Origin: Nitrospirota bacterium
GTDB lineage: Bacteria; Nitrospirota; UBA9217
DNA length: 64,000 nt
NCBI GenBank assembly: GCA_963796285.1
Contig: CAWCKW010000012.1
Location: forward strand, 736,001 to 800,000
Direction of reading: 5' to 3'
Part shown: one piece after another, positions 39,720-50,836 of the stretch
How the letters are laid out: every line of letters begins with the position of its first letter
Position numbering within the stretch: the first letter of the stretch is position 1
Position numbers and translations under genes: made by a program
The notes under the pieces: generated by a model
Told to the model about the DNA's origin: nothing
What the model saw: only the letters and a program-made list of their open reading frames with translations
Database searches by the model: none

Positions 39720-40014
39720 TCAGGAGGTCTCTCTGCATCTTCGTAGATGACCATACCGAATGATCACCTAAGTGGATGCACCTCTACGCACCGGTACGCG
39801 AAGAATAAACCTACTCATGATTATTCGATGACGTCGAAGAGATTACAGCTGCGATGATGGCTTGTAGCTGTTGTATTCCTCTTAATTCTCCTCCCTCTCA
39901 TTCATTCCCTTTATCACTATTTATCACTACAATTATATGTTATAATCCTCTCACGAAAGAACGGGAACCCTGTAAAAACGGATGATTCTTCAGTCCCGTA
40001 CCTATTTGTAGAAT

Positions 40015-40305
40015 ATGCCAAAGACACTTCCTTTACCACAACCAGGAACAAGTGCTGAACAGCACGCTCTTCACATACCGTTGTACAAGGTGTTGCTTCA
40101 TAATGACGACCATACTACCATGGAGCATGTGATAAAAGCACTGATGGGGGTTTTTAAATTCGAGTTGAGTATGTGCGAGCGGATTATGATGGAGGCTCAT
40201 CAGAACGGCGTGGCGCTTTGTACGGTGGAGCCATTAGAAAAGGCTGAACATCATCGTGACCAACTGGTCTCATTTTCACTCATTTCTACTATCGAACCGG
40301 ATTAG
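40015..40305 (+). CDS. clpS: Clp protease adaptor ClpS
   Basis: YKVLLHNDDHTTMEHV, IMMEAHQNG, STIEPD. Confidence 0.88.
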   Translation: MPKTLPLPQPGTSAEQHALHIPLYKVLLHNDDHTTMEHVIKALMGVFKFELSMCERIMMEAHQNGVALCTVEPLEKAEHHRDQLVSFSLISTIEPD

Positions 40306-40307
40306 CT

Positions 40308-40730
40308 ATGATCAAGGGCAAACACTTTTACAAGGATGGCATTCGTTTCGAATGTCAGGGAGAAGGCAAGTGCTGCGTAACACGCGGCAGCTACGGTTAT
40401 GTCTATCTGTCGTTCAGCGACAGGCGTCGCCTTGCTGCCCATTTCAGGATGTCTACAACGGAGTTCACCGCAACGTTCACCAAAAAAGTGGATGGGCTCT
40501 ATGAGTTGCGCTATGCCGGCAAGGATTGCCCTTTTCTTCAGGACAACCGGTGCCGGGTTTACGAAGCCCGTCCCTGGCAGTGCCGTACCTGGCCTTTCTG
40601 GCCGGAAAACATGAACAGCGCAGTGTGGGAGAAGGAAGTCTCTTCCTGGTGTCCCGGAGCGGGCAAGGGCAGATTGTATACCGCGGTAGAGATCGAAGAG
40701 ATCCTCGCAAAGAAAAAAGACGTATCATGA
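40308..40730 (+). CDS. YkgJ family cysteine-cluster protein
   Basis: FECQGEGKCC, CPFL, CRVYEARPWQCRTWPFW, CPG. Confidence 0.88.
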   Translation: MIKGKHFYKDGIRFECQGEGKCCVTRGSYGYVYLSFSDRRRLAAHFRMSTTEFTATFTKKVDGLYELRYAGKDCPFLQDNRCRVYEARPWQCRTWPFWPENMNSAVWEKEVSSWCPGAGKGRLYTAVEIEEILAKKKDVS

Positions 40731-40841
40731 CGCGCGAGGACGAGTCCCCCTGAATCTACTGGTACTGAAAACCGTCCTTTGTTTAGATGCCAATGATCGG
40801 CGTGAAATGGCGTTGCCGTATTTTATCTCCGGGAGCCACTT

Positions 40842-41708
40842 TTGAAAAATAAAACCCAATTCATCGTCGTCGATGATAATGAGGCACTTCTCGATGTCCT
40901 AAAACGATTTCTCGTCATGCAAGGGCATGACTGCGAAGTTTTTTCCAGTGCCGAGGCCGCGCTGGACCATATCACCGATAAACCCTGCGATATTCTTATC
41001 ACCGACATCGTTATGCCTGGCATGAAAGGTTTGCAGCTCACGAAGGAAGTAAGACAATCGTGGCCGGATACGAATGTTATTGTGATGACGGGATTCATTG
41101 ATGATTTTTCCTATGACCAGGCAATCGAAGCCGGGGCTTCGGACTTCATAAAAAAACCGTTTACCATGCATGAAATGATGCTCCGCATCCAGCATGTTCA
41201 TCTGCAAGAGAAGCTGCGGGAGATGTCAAACTCTGATGAGCTTACCGGCCTCTACAATAGACGCGGGTTCTATGCTATCGCGCAACAGCAGTTGAAAATA
41301 GCGAACCGGGCAAAGGGGGAGGTGGCGCTCCTGTTTGCTGATATGGACAAGTTCAAGTCAATTAATGACCAGTGGGGTCACCAAAAGGGTGACGAGGCTT
41401 TATTAGCCATGGCGGACATCTTAAAAAAGACCTTCCGAGAATCTGATCTTATCGCCCGCATTAGCGGGGACGAGTTCGCATTGCTCCTTATTGACACGCC
41501 TGAAAAGAACTTGTCAATTGTCTCCAACCGGTTACAGAAGAACATTGATGCGTTTAATATCCATTCCGGAGTGATGTTCAACCTCTCGCTCAGCGTCGGC
41601 ATGGCTGTTTATGACCATGACAGGCCATGTTCCATAGATGAACTTCTGAAGCAGGCCGACAGGCGTATGTACGAACAAAAGCAGCGTAAGAAAAGCGTTC
41701 AAGCATAA
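40842..41708 (+). CDS. Response regulator diguanylate cyclase (REC-GGDEF)
   Basis: N-terminal REC; DELTGLYNRR, DMDKFKSIND.WGH..GD, RESD I-site, SGDEF. Confidence 0.92.
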   Translation: MKNKTQFIVVDDNEALLDVLKRFLVMQGHDCEVFSSAEAALDHITDKPCDILITDIVMPGMKGLQLTKEVRQSWPDTNVIVMTGFIDDFSYDQAIEAGASDFIKKPFTMHEMMLRIQHVHLQEKLREMSNSDELTGLYNRRGFYAIAQQQLKIANRAKGEVALLFADMDKFKSINDQWGHQKGDEALLAMADILKKTFRESDLIARISGDEFALLLIDTPEKNLSIVSNRLQKNIDAFNIHSGVMFNLSLSVGMAVYDHDRPCSIDELLKQADRRMYEQKQRKKSVQA

Positions 41709-41779
41709 CATGATCTGTTCTGGACATTTTTCTTGACAAAAAACGGTATTTCACTATTATTCAGTCGTACTGGATTCAT

Positions 41780-41868
41780 GCCGCTGTGGCGGAATTGGCA
41801 GACGCAAGAGACTTAAAATCTCTCGACGGGCAACTGTCGTACCGGTTCGATCCCGGTCAGCGGCACCA
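41780..41868 (+). tRNA. tRNA-Leu(TAA)
   Basis: GCCGCTGTGGCGGAATTGGCAGACGC AAGAGAC TTAAAA TCTCT..., long variable arm, GGTTCGATCCC, ends CAGCGGCACCA; TTGACA/TATTAT promoter at 41733-41760. Confidence 0.97.
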
Positions 41869-42176
41869 CAATCTATGCACCTACAAAAGTAATAATCTCC
41901 GTCGGAAACAATGAAACACGCAGAAAGGAATGTTGCAGCCAATGGTTTCACTTTCTGTGGCCCTAAGCTTGAATCAGGTTTATTGAGTGATCATAGCCAT
42001 CATAAAACGCATTAGACCTTCCTTCGACGTTAGAATAAACCTCATTCCTCCTATAGAACCACTATGAATTGGTGACGTTATTCAGGCCTTGTGCGCTCCA
42101 GCTCTTGACGGAGAGGGTCGATTGTGGTAGTTTATCATAACAAGAAAAACGGTTTACAGGGAGGTAGAAACAACAC

Positions 42177-43028
42177 ATGAACACGGTAAAAACAGTCGGA
42201 TTGATGGTATTTATGACCCTGCTCCTGGTCTTCGTGGGAGCGGCGCTCGGCGGCAGGAGCGGTATGGTAATGGCCTTTGCCATGGCAGCAATAATGAACG
42301 TTGGAATGTACTGGTTCAGTGACAAGATAGTTCTCAGGATGTACAAGGCGCAGCCGGTGACCGAGGCCGAGGCTCCCGAACTCCATGGCATAGTGCGGAC
42401 ATTGGTCCAAAAGGCCGGTTTGCCCATGCCCAAGGTCTACATTATCCCCGACGAGACGCCGAATGCCTTTGCAACGGGCAGGAACCCCGAGCACGCGGTT
42501 GTTGCTGTAACCCAGGGGATCATGAGGATCCTCTCCCGCGAGGAACTCTCGGGCGTGATCGCCCACGAACTGGCGCATATCAAGCACCGTGATATGCTTA
42601 CAGGAACGATCGTGGCGACGATCGCCGGCGCGATCAGCATGCTTGCCCAGATGGCGCAATGGTCCATGATCTTTGGAGGCAGGAGAGATGATGACGAGGG
42701 CGGAAGCCCGATCGTGGCGCTGGTCATGATGATTGTGGCGCCAATTGCTGCAATGATTGTACAGATGGCCATCTCGCGCACCCGCGAGTTCGAAGCGGAT
42801 AAAGGAGGTGCGCAAATCGCCGGAAGCTCCTCGGGACTGGCAAACGCGCTCCTGAAGCTGGAAAAAGGCTCACAGCTCGTCCCCATGACGGATGCGAAAC
42901 CCGCCACGGCGCACATGTTCATCGTGAACCCGCTCACCGGCGGCGGTCTGATGAAACTGTTCAGCACCCATCCGCCGATCGCGGAACGCGTGGCGCGGCT
43001 GAATGAGATGGCACGGGGAAGAAGGTAA
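42177..43028 (+). CDS. htpX: Zinc metalloprotease HtpX
   Basis: [31 protein letters not shown]. Confidence 0.96.
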   Translation: MNTVKTVGLMVFMTLLLVFVGAALGGRSGMVMAFAMAAIMNVGMYWFSDKIVLRMYKAQPVTEAEAPELHGIVRTLVQKAGLPMPKVYIIPDETPNAFATGRNPEHAVVAVTQGIMRILSREELSGVIAHELAHIKHRDMLTGTIVATIAGAISMLAQMAQWSMIFGGRRDDDEGGSPIVALVMMIVAPIAAMIVQMAISRTREFEADKGGAQIAGSSSGLANALLKLEKGSQLVPMTDAKPATAHMFIVNPLTGGGLMKLFSTHPPIAERVARLNEMARGRR

Positions 43029-43043
43029 ACGCATGATCGTCAC

Positions 43044-43075
43044 AAGGGTTTAAGGGTAGCCTTAAACCCTTTTTT
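43044..43075 (+). terminator. Intrinsic terminator after htpX
   Basis: AAGGGTTTAAGG-GTAG-CCTTAAACCCTT then T-run. Confidence 0.85.
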
Positions 43076-43254
43076 ATGTCATATGTTCAAATGTGATTAG
43101 TTGTTTGAGGATCTATCTACGCAGAACAATTTATTTTCAAGCGCTTTGGAAACTTATACTTTATCGGGGGAATGTATTTGTGTTTTGATTTTTGTTATAG
43201 GGATTGTGCAGATATTGAATCTTTGGTTGTTATGGCATGTGAGGAGACGGGTCG

Positions 43255-44217
43255 TCAGAAAGGAAGATCAGGATTTGCACGCTGGTCAGGAATGCCGGCT
43301 TCGCTGCCCGGGAAGCTTTGATACATAGTACGGTCACCTTTCCCCGCAAGGGTATCTCTTCTGACGAACCGGGCCAAGGGCTCGTGGGAGGCGGGTAATA
43401 AATGATCCAGCTTCCGATCCATGCCAATATCAGCAAGCGTCAGCGCACTTTTCCATAAACGGCTACGCGAAGGGGCTCCGAGAACGGCCGTAAAAATAAG
43501 CCCTTTCCCCGTATCCATTGCGCCTACGAAACAGTGCCTTGCATTGCAGGTAAACCCGGTCTTTCCGCCTACCATATTGCTTCGGGACCAAAGCAGATTA
43601 TCCGTACTCGACAGATATAATTCCCTTCCCGCCGCTGTCTTGACCATCCATTCTTTTTTCCCGAGGATCTCCCTGATAATCGGGTAGGTGAGTGCCTTTT
43701 TCAGAATGATTGTCAGATCGAGGGCCGTTGTATACTGTCTCCCTTTAGGCAGACCAGAGGCGGTCACAAAATGGGTATCGTTGGCTCCGAGCTTTTTTAC
43801 CTTCTGATTCATCATTGCAACAAATGCGTCCTCCGAGCCGCCCCCCGCTTCGGCCAGGGCCACTGCCGCGGAGTTGTTGGACCTCATGAGCGCCAGATGG
43901 AGAAGGTCTGAAACCGTCAATTCGTCGTTCGTCATGAGCCTGGGTTTGCCTGAGCGTGCCGCCCTCGCCCTGCTGCTCACGATCACTTTTGCTGCCGGAT
44001 CCAGGTTATCGAGGGCAACCATGGCGGTCACAAGTTTTACCGTGCTGGCTGGAGGAAGCTTGACCGATGGGTATTTTGAAGAAAGGACCGAGTCATTCTC
44101 GTCAATCACGATCCACGCCTTTGCCGCAATGGACTTGTGTGAAAATGAATAGACAGGCTGCACTGCAGACAGCAGCGAGAAGGTGAACATCAAGCAAATA
44201 AATATAATTTTTCTCAA
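43255..44217 (-). CDS. D-alanyl-D-alanine carboxypeptidase/endopeptidase (peptidase S11); start uncertain
   Basis: Signal peptide, PASTVK (SxxK), SNN (SxN), GKTG. Confidence 0.9.
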   Translation of the reverse strand: MRKIIFICLMFTFSLLSAVQPVYSFSHKSIAAKAWIVIDENDSVLSSKYPSVKLPPASTVKLVTAMVALDNLDPAAKVIVSSRARAARSGKPRLMTNDELTVSDLLHLALMRSNNSAAVALAEAGGGSEDAFVAMMNQKVKKLGANDTHFVTASGLPKGRQYTTALDLTIILKKALTYPIIREILGKKEWMVKTAAGRELYLSSTDNLLWSRSNMVGGKTGFTCNARHCFVGAMDTGKGLIFTAVLGAPSRSRLWKSALTLADIGMDRKLDHLLPASHEPLARFVRRDTLAGKGDRTMYQSFPGSEAGIPDQRANPDLPF

Positions 44218-44604
44218 GAGGTCTTCCTGTTCCGGAAAACAATTGTATTCAATGCGGGCATTATACATGAATAAAACTAAAAAGTATTGTAAATTCTTCA
44301 TTTTTAATAAGAAATGTAGCCTGATTGACGCTGGTTATAATATCATCGTGATTATGACCTGATTGCCGTTTTAAAGCGAAACAGAGGAAGATATGGATAT
44401 CGGCTAATGGTTACTTCTTTATAGGGTAAGAGGTTTTAACCTGTAAGATCTTCAGACCCTATACTTCAAGAAAGACTATCGGAATTTTCCTTTTCTTTCT
44501 TTATGGGAACAGTTATAATTATCCATCTTAGATTTTTACAAAGCGGGTATGGCCGCACGCAATACCGATACGTTGCCTATTCATGCAAACAATGCAGGGG
44601 TTCT

Positions 44605-44952
44605 GATGCCGCATTCCAGTACATCCCGGAATCGTTCTTTTATTGCAGTTGCATACCGTGATCATATGGCGTCCGCCAACGGGCATCTGCAAAAAAACAG
44701 GACACTTTTATTGTTGTGATCGTACTGGCAGAGGTTGAGACGATACGGCAGTCACGTTATTCAGAGACCTTCTCGCCGTGAAAGGGAAGCGGGAACTGCC
44801 GCTTACGGACATGAACGTCTATCATCTCAACCGGCATCAAGGACGACGACTTCAGACCTGAGGTTGATTTCCATACCCCGGTGAACCGCGGAAATGCGAA
44901 GGTGGACGAGATGAACAGACTGCTGATGATCATTCTCCAGAAGCTCGATTAA
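44605..44952 (+). pseudogene. Decayed Hsp20 (alpha-crystallin) gene upstream of lon; 5' limit approximate
   Basis: Fragments in shifting frames: WRPPTGICK / QDTFIVVIVLAEV / DLLAVKGKRE / DFRPEVDFHTPVNRGNAKVDEMNRLLMIILQKLD*, colinear with the Hsp20 consensus. Confidence 0.7.
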
Positions 44953-45026
44953 CAGTTCAGGACGGCATCTTGAATATTCAGAAACGCTTCAAGGACCTAT
45001 TCGGCAAACAGACCAGGAGCGAAAAC

Positions 45027-47399
45027 ATGGAAATCGTAGAACCTGAGAAGGAAAAGACAACGCCCGTCCCGGATGAACTGCCCTTGCTGCCACTGAAAGA
45101 CACGATCGTGTATCCGCTCACGGTTTACCCTCTGGTGATCGGAAAGGAAAAATCGATCAGGCTTATCAATGAGGTCACAGCCGGCGACAAGATCCTCGCT
45201 TTGACCGCCCAGAAGAAGGTGGATATCGAAGTTGCTGGCATAGCCGATATTTATTCGGTCGGGACGATGGCGAGGATACTCCAGATGGTCAAGGTCCCCG
45301 ATGGCACACTTCGGGTCCTGGTCCAGGGGATCGAGCGGATCAGTATTGCGGAGTTATCCCAGACCGAACCGTATTTTAAGGCCAGGATCAAAGCATTGCA
45401 GGAAAAGGCCGAAAAGTCCGTTGAGCTTGAGGCGCTTATGCGCGGGGTCTCCGAGGTCTTTCAGAAAATGGTATCGCTCACGCCCAACATGCCGGAAGAG
45501 CTTTCAGGCGCCGTTCTCAACATTGAAGATCCGCGCCAGTTGGCCTATCTTATAGCAACAAACATCCGGCTGGAACTGGTGCAACGACAGGAGATTCTCG
45601 AAATCGAATCGGTACAGGACAAGCTCACGAAACTCATGCAGTACCTGAACCGCGAAGTCGAGGTCCTCGAACTTGGCAGGAAGATCCAGGGTCAGGCCAA
45701 GGACCAGATGCAGAAGGCCGAGCGGGAGTATCTGCTTCGGCAGCAGCTTGCGGCCATCCGCAAGGAACTCGGCGAGGAGGGCGATGATGGCGCGGAGATG
45801 AAGAACCTGCGAGAGAAGATCGAGCAGGCCAAATTGCCTCCCGAGGCGGATAAAGAGGCCAAGCGGGAACTCGGACGCATGGAAAAACTTTCACCCGCGT
45901 CACCTGAATATTCCGTTATTCGTACTTATCTCGAATGGATGACCAGCCTCCCCTGGAACAAGACCTCGGCCACGGCCATTGATATTGCCAAGGCCAAGGT
46001 CACGCTCGACGAAGATCACTATGATCTTGAAAAGATCAAAAATCGTATTTTGGAGTACCTATCCGTAAAAAAGCTCGGTGAAGAACGAAGCGCCGATGAG
46101 GGGATCAGGACACGCGAACCCATCCTTTGCCTCGTGGGCCCTCCGGGTGTTGGTAAAACATCGCTCGGACAGTCCATCGCTCGCGCACTGGGCAGAAAGT
46201 TCATGCGTCAGTCGTTAGGTGGCTTACATGATGAGTCCGAGATTCGTGGCCATCGCCGGACTTACATAGGAGCCATGCCGGGCAGGATCATCCAGGCACT
46301 CAAACGGGTAGAGACCAGGGACCCGGTGATCATGCTCGATGAGGTCGACAAAATCGGTTCTGACTGGAGAGGAGATCCATCATCAGCGCTCCTCGAGGTG
46401 CTTGATCCTGAGCAAAACAAAGATTTTCGGGACAACTATCTCGACGTACCGTTCGACCTGTCAAAGGTCATGTTCATCACCACGGCGAACCAGCTTGAAA
46501 CCATTCCGCCGCCGCTCCTGGACCGCATGGAAGTGCTCCAGTTGCCTGGGTATACAGAGCACGAGAAAATGAATATTGCTCAGAAATACCTGATCCCAAA
46601 AGAGATCAAGGCAAATGCGCTCCGGCCCGAAGAGATCGAGATCCAGGATATCGCGCTCCGCGCCATTATCAAGGATTATACGCGCGAGGCCGGCGTCAGG
46701 AACCTGGAGCGTGAGATAGCGAACGTCTGCCGCAAGGTAGCTAAGGCTGTTGCAGAGAAAAAACCAACGCCTGTAACGATCAAGGCGGAGGAACTGCACG
46801 ATTACCTGGGAAGACCGAAATTTTTCGCCGAGACCTCTATCATGATCGACCGACCCGGCGTGGTCACGGGCCTTGCCTGGACACCCAGCGGAGGTGACAT
46901 ACTGTTTGTCGAGGCTTCACGGATGCCGGGGAGCAAGCAGCTGACCCTCACAGGCCAACTTGGTGATGTGATGAAAGAATCCGCCCAGGCAGCGCTCTCC
47001 TATGTGCGCTCGCAGGCGGAATCATTTGGGATCAACAAAGATTTTTTCGAGAAGAGCGATATACACATCCATGTGCCTGCAGGCGCGATCCCCAAAGACG
47101 GGCCGTCCGCCGGTGTTACCATGACCACGGCAATCGTTTCCATGCTCACGGGCAGGTTGGTAAAAAATGACCTGGCTATGACTGGCGAGATCACACTCCG
47201 CGGCAAGGTCATGCCGATTGGGGGGGTTAAGGAGAAAGTACTCGCTGCTAAGCGGGCGGGGATCAAAACGGTAATTCTTCCCCAGCAGAACAAGCATGAC
47301 ATCGAAGATGTGCCCGAGGACCTGCGCAAAGAGATGGAATTCATTTTCGTGGATACCATCGACCAGGTGATCGAGAACGCGCTTAAGGAAAAAAAATAG
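45027..47399 (+). CDS. lon: ATP-dependent Lon protease
   Basis: GPPGVGKTS, IRGHRRTYIGAMPG, PKDGPSAG, GGVKEK; RBS AGGAG before ATG 45027. Confidence 0.98.
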   Translation: MEIVEPEKEKTTPVPDELPLLPLKDTIVYPLTVYPLVIGKEKSIRLINEVTAGDKILALTAQKKVDIEVAGIADIYSVGTMARILQMVKVPDGTLRVLVQGIERISIAELSQTEPYFKARIKALQEKAEKSVELEALMRGVSEVFQKMVSLTPNMPEELSGAVLNIEDPRQLAYLIATNIRLELVQRQEILEIESVQDKLTKLMQYLNREVEVLELGRKIQGQAKDQMQKAEREYLLRQQLAAIRKELGEEGDDGAEMKNLREKIEQAKLPPEADKEAKRELGRMEKLSPASPEYSVIRTYLEWMTSLPWNKTSATAIDIAKAKVTLDEDHYDLEKIKNRILEYLSVKKLGEERSADEGIRTREPILCLVGPPGVGKTSLGQSIARALGRKFMRQSLGGLHDESEIRGHRRTYIGAMPGRIIQALKRVETRDPVIMLDEVDKIGSDWRGDPSSALLEVLDPEQNKDFRDNYLDVPFDLSKVMFITTANQLETIPPPLLDRMEVLQLPGYTEHEKMNIAQKYLIPKEIKANALRPEEIEIQDIALRAIIKDYTREAGVRNLEREIANVCRKVAKAVAEKKPTPVTIKAEELHDYLGRPKFFAETSIMIDRPGVVTGLAWTPSGGDILFVEASRMPGSKQLTLTGQLGDVMKESAQAALSYVRSQAESFGINKDFFEKSDIHIHVPAGAIPKDGPSAGVTMTTAIVSMLTGRLVKNDLAMTGEITLRGKVMPIGGVKEKVLAAKRAGIKTVILPQQNKHDIEDVPEDLRKEMEFIFVDTIDQVIENALKEKK

Positions 47400-48283
47400 T
47401 GCGGGATACTTGTGACGATGCATCAGAACGCACCGGGAATGGCATTGCCACGAGGCAAAGACTGCCATCTTGGTTCAAGATCCGACTGGCAGCGAATGCA
47501 CGTTCGGCGCAGGTGCGCACTCTAATCAAAGGCAGCAGGCTCCATACGGTCTGCCAGAGCGCAGCCTGTCCGAACCAGATCGAATGCTGGAATGCCGGAA
47601 CGGTGACCTTTCTGATCTTAGGCAATGTCTGCACACGCGGCTGCCGATTCTGTAACGTGCCCAAGGGCGTACCGACTCAGGTCGATGACGATGAACCAGG
47701 TCGGGTTGCGCGGGTTGTGGCGGACCTCGGTCTCAAATACGCGGTCGTCACATCGGTTACACGCGATGACCTTGGCGACGGTGGGGCAGGCTCGTTTGCC
47801 GCTACGGTCCACGCAATCCGTTCAATCGCACCACATTCCACCATCGAAACGCTCATACCCGATTTTCAGGGGTCTGTTCCCGCACTATCAATAATGCTAA
47901 ATGCCAGGCCTGACGTGTTGAGCCACAATATTGAGACTGTCCCGTCCTTGTACGGTACGGTGAGACCGCAGGCGTCGTACAAACGGTCTCTCCAAGTGCT
48001 CGGATTCGCATCTGAGCGCGGATTCGTTACAAAGACTGGAATTATGCTCGGGCTGGGCGAGGGAACTAGTGAAGTTATTGAGGTCATGCATGATCTGAGA
48101 ACCGCTGGTTGTTCGGTTCTGACACTCGGACAATACCTGCAGCCAGGGAGACGATATCTGCCTGTCGTTGCATTCTACCATCCCGATGAGTTCGAACACC
48201 TTCGTGCAGTGGCATTATCCATGGGTTTTCGCAGGGTTGAATCTGGGCCACTGGTCAGAAGTTCGTATCGAGCGGGGTTGTGA
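47399..48283 (+). CDS. lipA: Lipoyl synthase
   Basis: CQSAACPNQIEC, CTRGCRFC, HNIETV, RSSY. Confidence 0.96.
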   Translation: MRDTCDDASERTGNGIATRQRLPSWFKIRLAANARSAQVRTLIKGSRLHTVCQSAACPNQIECWNAGTVTFLILGNVCTRGCRFCNVPKGVPTQVDDDEPGRVARVVADLGLKYAVVTSVTRDDLGDGGAGSFAATVHAIRSIAPHSTIETLIPDFQGSVPALSIMLNARPDVLSHNIETVPSLYGTVRPQASYKRSLQVLGFASERGFVTKTGIMLGLGEGTSEVIEVMHDLRTAGCSVLTLGQYLQPGRRYLPVVAFYHPDEFEHLRAVALSMGFRRVESGPLVRSSYRAGL

Positions 48284-48497
48284 AGAGTTACAGAACGATG
48301 GCCGGCAAGATATACCGGAGTTTTTATTGGTCGTGCACGCTTACCCATGTCAGATAAATATGTCCACCGGTTGAGTCCCACACGCAAACAATATCATAAG
48401 AGCTATATGCATATCGCCATATGAGCACCCAGGAAGGCAGACAGTAAAATTGCCATCAGGATACTCCAGATGCTCGGCAGGTGAGAAGGAATAAATC

Positions 48498-49607
48498 ATG
48501 AAGGTCTTGTATATTCTCAATGCCTCAAATTTTATCGGCATAGGCGGTATGGAATATCATCTGATCGATATTTCGAATTGGATGGAAGCGAACGGCGTCG
48601 AAACCGCATTGGCCATACGAAAAGACACCTTCGCTCATCGCACGCTGCTGAAAGATCGTCCGAATGTGCATGCATTATCATGGACGGGGATCAATAAAGT
48701 ATTTTCCTTCTTTCAGGTCGGCAAATTGATTCGCGATTTTTCGCCGGACATCATTTCGATCAACAGGGAGCGTGACATCATCCGGATATACTGCATCGCG
48801 AAATTTATGAGTATCTTTTCGAAGAAAAAACCGAAAATCATCGCATTTCTGCAAAATTCCGGGTGGAAAAGATTTTTTGTTTTGGGAAAGCTTGACGGGG
48901 TTATTTTCGCCACACAGTATATGAAGACTGGCTTTATCCCGAAGAACAGGTCCGCTGAAGGAAAATCAACGATTATCCATTATGGGATTCACCTACCCCA
49001 GGTCGATCTTGACGAAAAGCTCAGAGCCGACAGGGAGAGGCGGGTATTCAAAGGCAAACGTTTTCCTCTTATCGGCATGGTAGGAGAAATGAGAAAAAAC
49101 CAGACTGAGCTGATTGATGTCGCCTATCATTTGAAGAAGAGGATTCCCAATTTTACGATGGCATTCATAGGTAGGGGAAACGAGGACGAGATTGCCGCAT
49201 TACAGGAGAAAATTGATCGGTTGGGGTTAACGAATAATTTCATTTTTACTGGGAGAATCGATCGGGAACGAATCAACGACGTTTTTTTTGATCTCGATCT
49301 GTCGATCACGACACATCGGGGTGAAGCGTTCGGTATAGTCCACATTGAATCCCTTGCCTCTTATACACCGGTCGTTGCCTATAACTCCGGCGGACTGGTG
49401 GAAATACTCGAAAAAGGAGGGGGGATACTCGTCGATGGAGGCCCGGAGAAGATGGCGGATGCGGTCTCCTTGCTCATATCAGACCATGCCCTCAGAAAAT
49501 CCCTTGGAATAGAAGGAAGAATAGCAGCCGAGAAATATTTCAGTATCCAAGCGATGGGACAGCAAACCCTTGCTTTATATAATAAAATCATGGGAGAAAG
49601 GCGTTGA
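48498..49607 (+). CDS. Glycosyltransferase family 4
   Basis: IGGMEYH, EAFGIVHIESLA, PVVAYNSGGLVE. Confidence 0.9.
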   Translation: MKVLYILNASNFIGIGGMEYHLIDISNWMEANGVETALAIRKDTFAHRTLLKDRPNVHALSWTGINKVFSFFQVGKLIRDFSPDIISINRERDIIRIYCIAKFMSIFSKKKPKIIAFLQNSGWKRFFVLGKLDGVIFATQYMKTGFIPKNRSAEGKSTIIHYGIHLPQVDLDEKLRADRERRVFKGKRFPLIGMVGEMRKNQTELIDVAYHLKKRIPNFTMAFIGRGNEDEIAALQEKIDRLGLTNNFIFTGRIDRERINDVFFDLDLSITTHRGEAFGIVHIESLASYTPVVAYNSGGLVEILEKGGGILVDGGPEKMADAVSLLISDHALRKSLGIEGRIAAEKYFSIQAMGQQTLALYNKIMGERR

Positions 49608-50629
49608 GTAGAACCTCGCTTTCTAATCAAAAAGATTCTAAGCCTCTTAGCGATCGAACTCACCTGATTGATGTGTCCGTGATCATTGTCAATTGGAATA
49701 CCCGGCAATTGCTTCTGGAATGCATCGCCTCTGTTTACGGCGTCTTGCAAAAGGGGTCCTTTGAATTAATCATTGTCGACAATGGAAGCAGCGATGACAG
49801 CGTTGAAGCTGTTCTGAAGTATTATCCGGAAGTACGACTGATCGTGAATCCTCAGAATTATGGATTTGCCAAGGCGAATAATATCGCATTAAAATTGATG
49901 CGCGGAAGATATGCATTGCTTTTGAACAGCGATACCACCTTAAGGAAAGGTGCGATTGACTTGATGCTCGACTTCATGGAACGCAGTCCTGATGTCGGAA
50001 TGTGTGGGCCGCAGCTTCTGAATGCCGACGGCACGAAACAGGCTTCCTTTGGGATATTTCCCACGATCCTGAACGCATTCTTGAGCAAAACGGTCGTACG
50101 TTTGTTGTTTCCCGGATATTTTAAAAGGACGGCAGCCATAAGTCAGGACGTCGGAACCGCACCCGCTGTCGTTGATTTTATCTATGGCGCCTGTATGCTG
50201 GTGCGGAGAGAAACCATGGATGATATCGGGTTGCTTGATGAAGATTACTTTTTTTTCTATGAAGAAACCGATTGGTGTTATCGGATGAAACGCGGCGGAT
50301 GGCAAGTTGTATATATCCCTGAGGCAGAAATCTACCATTACGGCGCTAAGAGTTCAAATCACATTAATACGCGGACCCGCATTGAATCATGGCGATCTCA
50401 GTATATATATTTTAATAAGAACTATCATTTATCGCGGCAAGGCCGTTTTTGCTTATACGTTTTGGGATTTCTGACAGTTTTAAAAAATTTTTTGGAGTAC
50501 AGTATATTGAACATTATTCTCGTCGGGAATCGAAAACGATCACGCATGCGATGGATCATGTATGCGAATCTTTTTATTTGGCACCTGAGAGGATTCCCTG
50601 AATCTATGGGATTGCCACGATCCAGATGA
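49604..50629 (+). CDS. Glycosyltransferase family 2 (WbbL/rhamnosyltransferase-like)
   Basis: VSVIIVNWN, VDNGSSD, NYGFAKANN, LLNSD, GACML, EETDWC. Confidence 0.9.
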   Translation: MSRTSLSNQKDSKPLSDRTHLIDVSVIIVNWNTRQLLLECIASVYGVLQKGSFELIIVDNGSSDDSVEAVLKYYPEVRLIVNPQNYGFAKANNIALKLMRGRYALLLNSDTTLRKGAIDLMLDFMERSPDVGMCGPQLLNADGTKQASFGIFPTILNAFLSKTVVRLLFPGYFKRTAAISQDVGTAPAVVDFIYGACMLVRRETMDDIGLLDEDYFFFYEETDWCYRMKRGGWQVVYIPEAEIYHYGAKSSNHINTRTRIESWRSQYIYFNKNYHLSRQGRFCLYVLGFLTVLKNFLEYSILNIILVGNRKRSRMRWIMYANLFIWHLRGFPESMGLPRSR

Positions 50630-50836
50630 GAGAAAAAATGACGTAAAAGAAGCAGGGAATAGGCAGGAATTAACTCTTTAAAGACTACAGGGGAAAACCA
50701 TAATATTCCGAGTTTACATAATATACATTATCAGTCATTTTAAAATATGAAGTAATTAATTAGACTATTACTATAATATTATGATTTTATTGTATAAATA
50801 TAAAATGTGATCATTTGCATCTATTTTTTATCGCTG

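Noticed and set aside
39845-39935. 10-bp hairpin and TTATCACTA direct repeat upstream of clpS
   Set aside because: Too short to separate from chance; no match to a riboswitch I recognise
40308-40730. YkgJ protein with CQGEGKCC instead of CxxCxxCC
   Set aside because: A single-ligand variant in a variable family; nothing else suggests a new function
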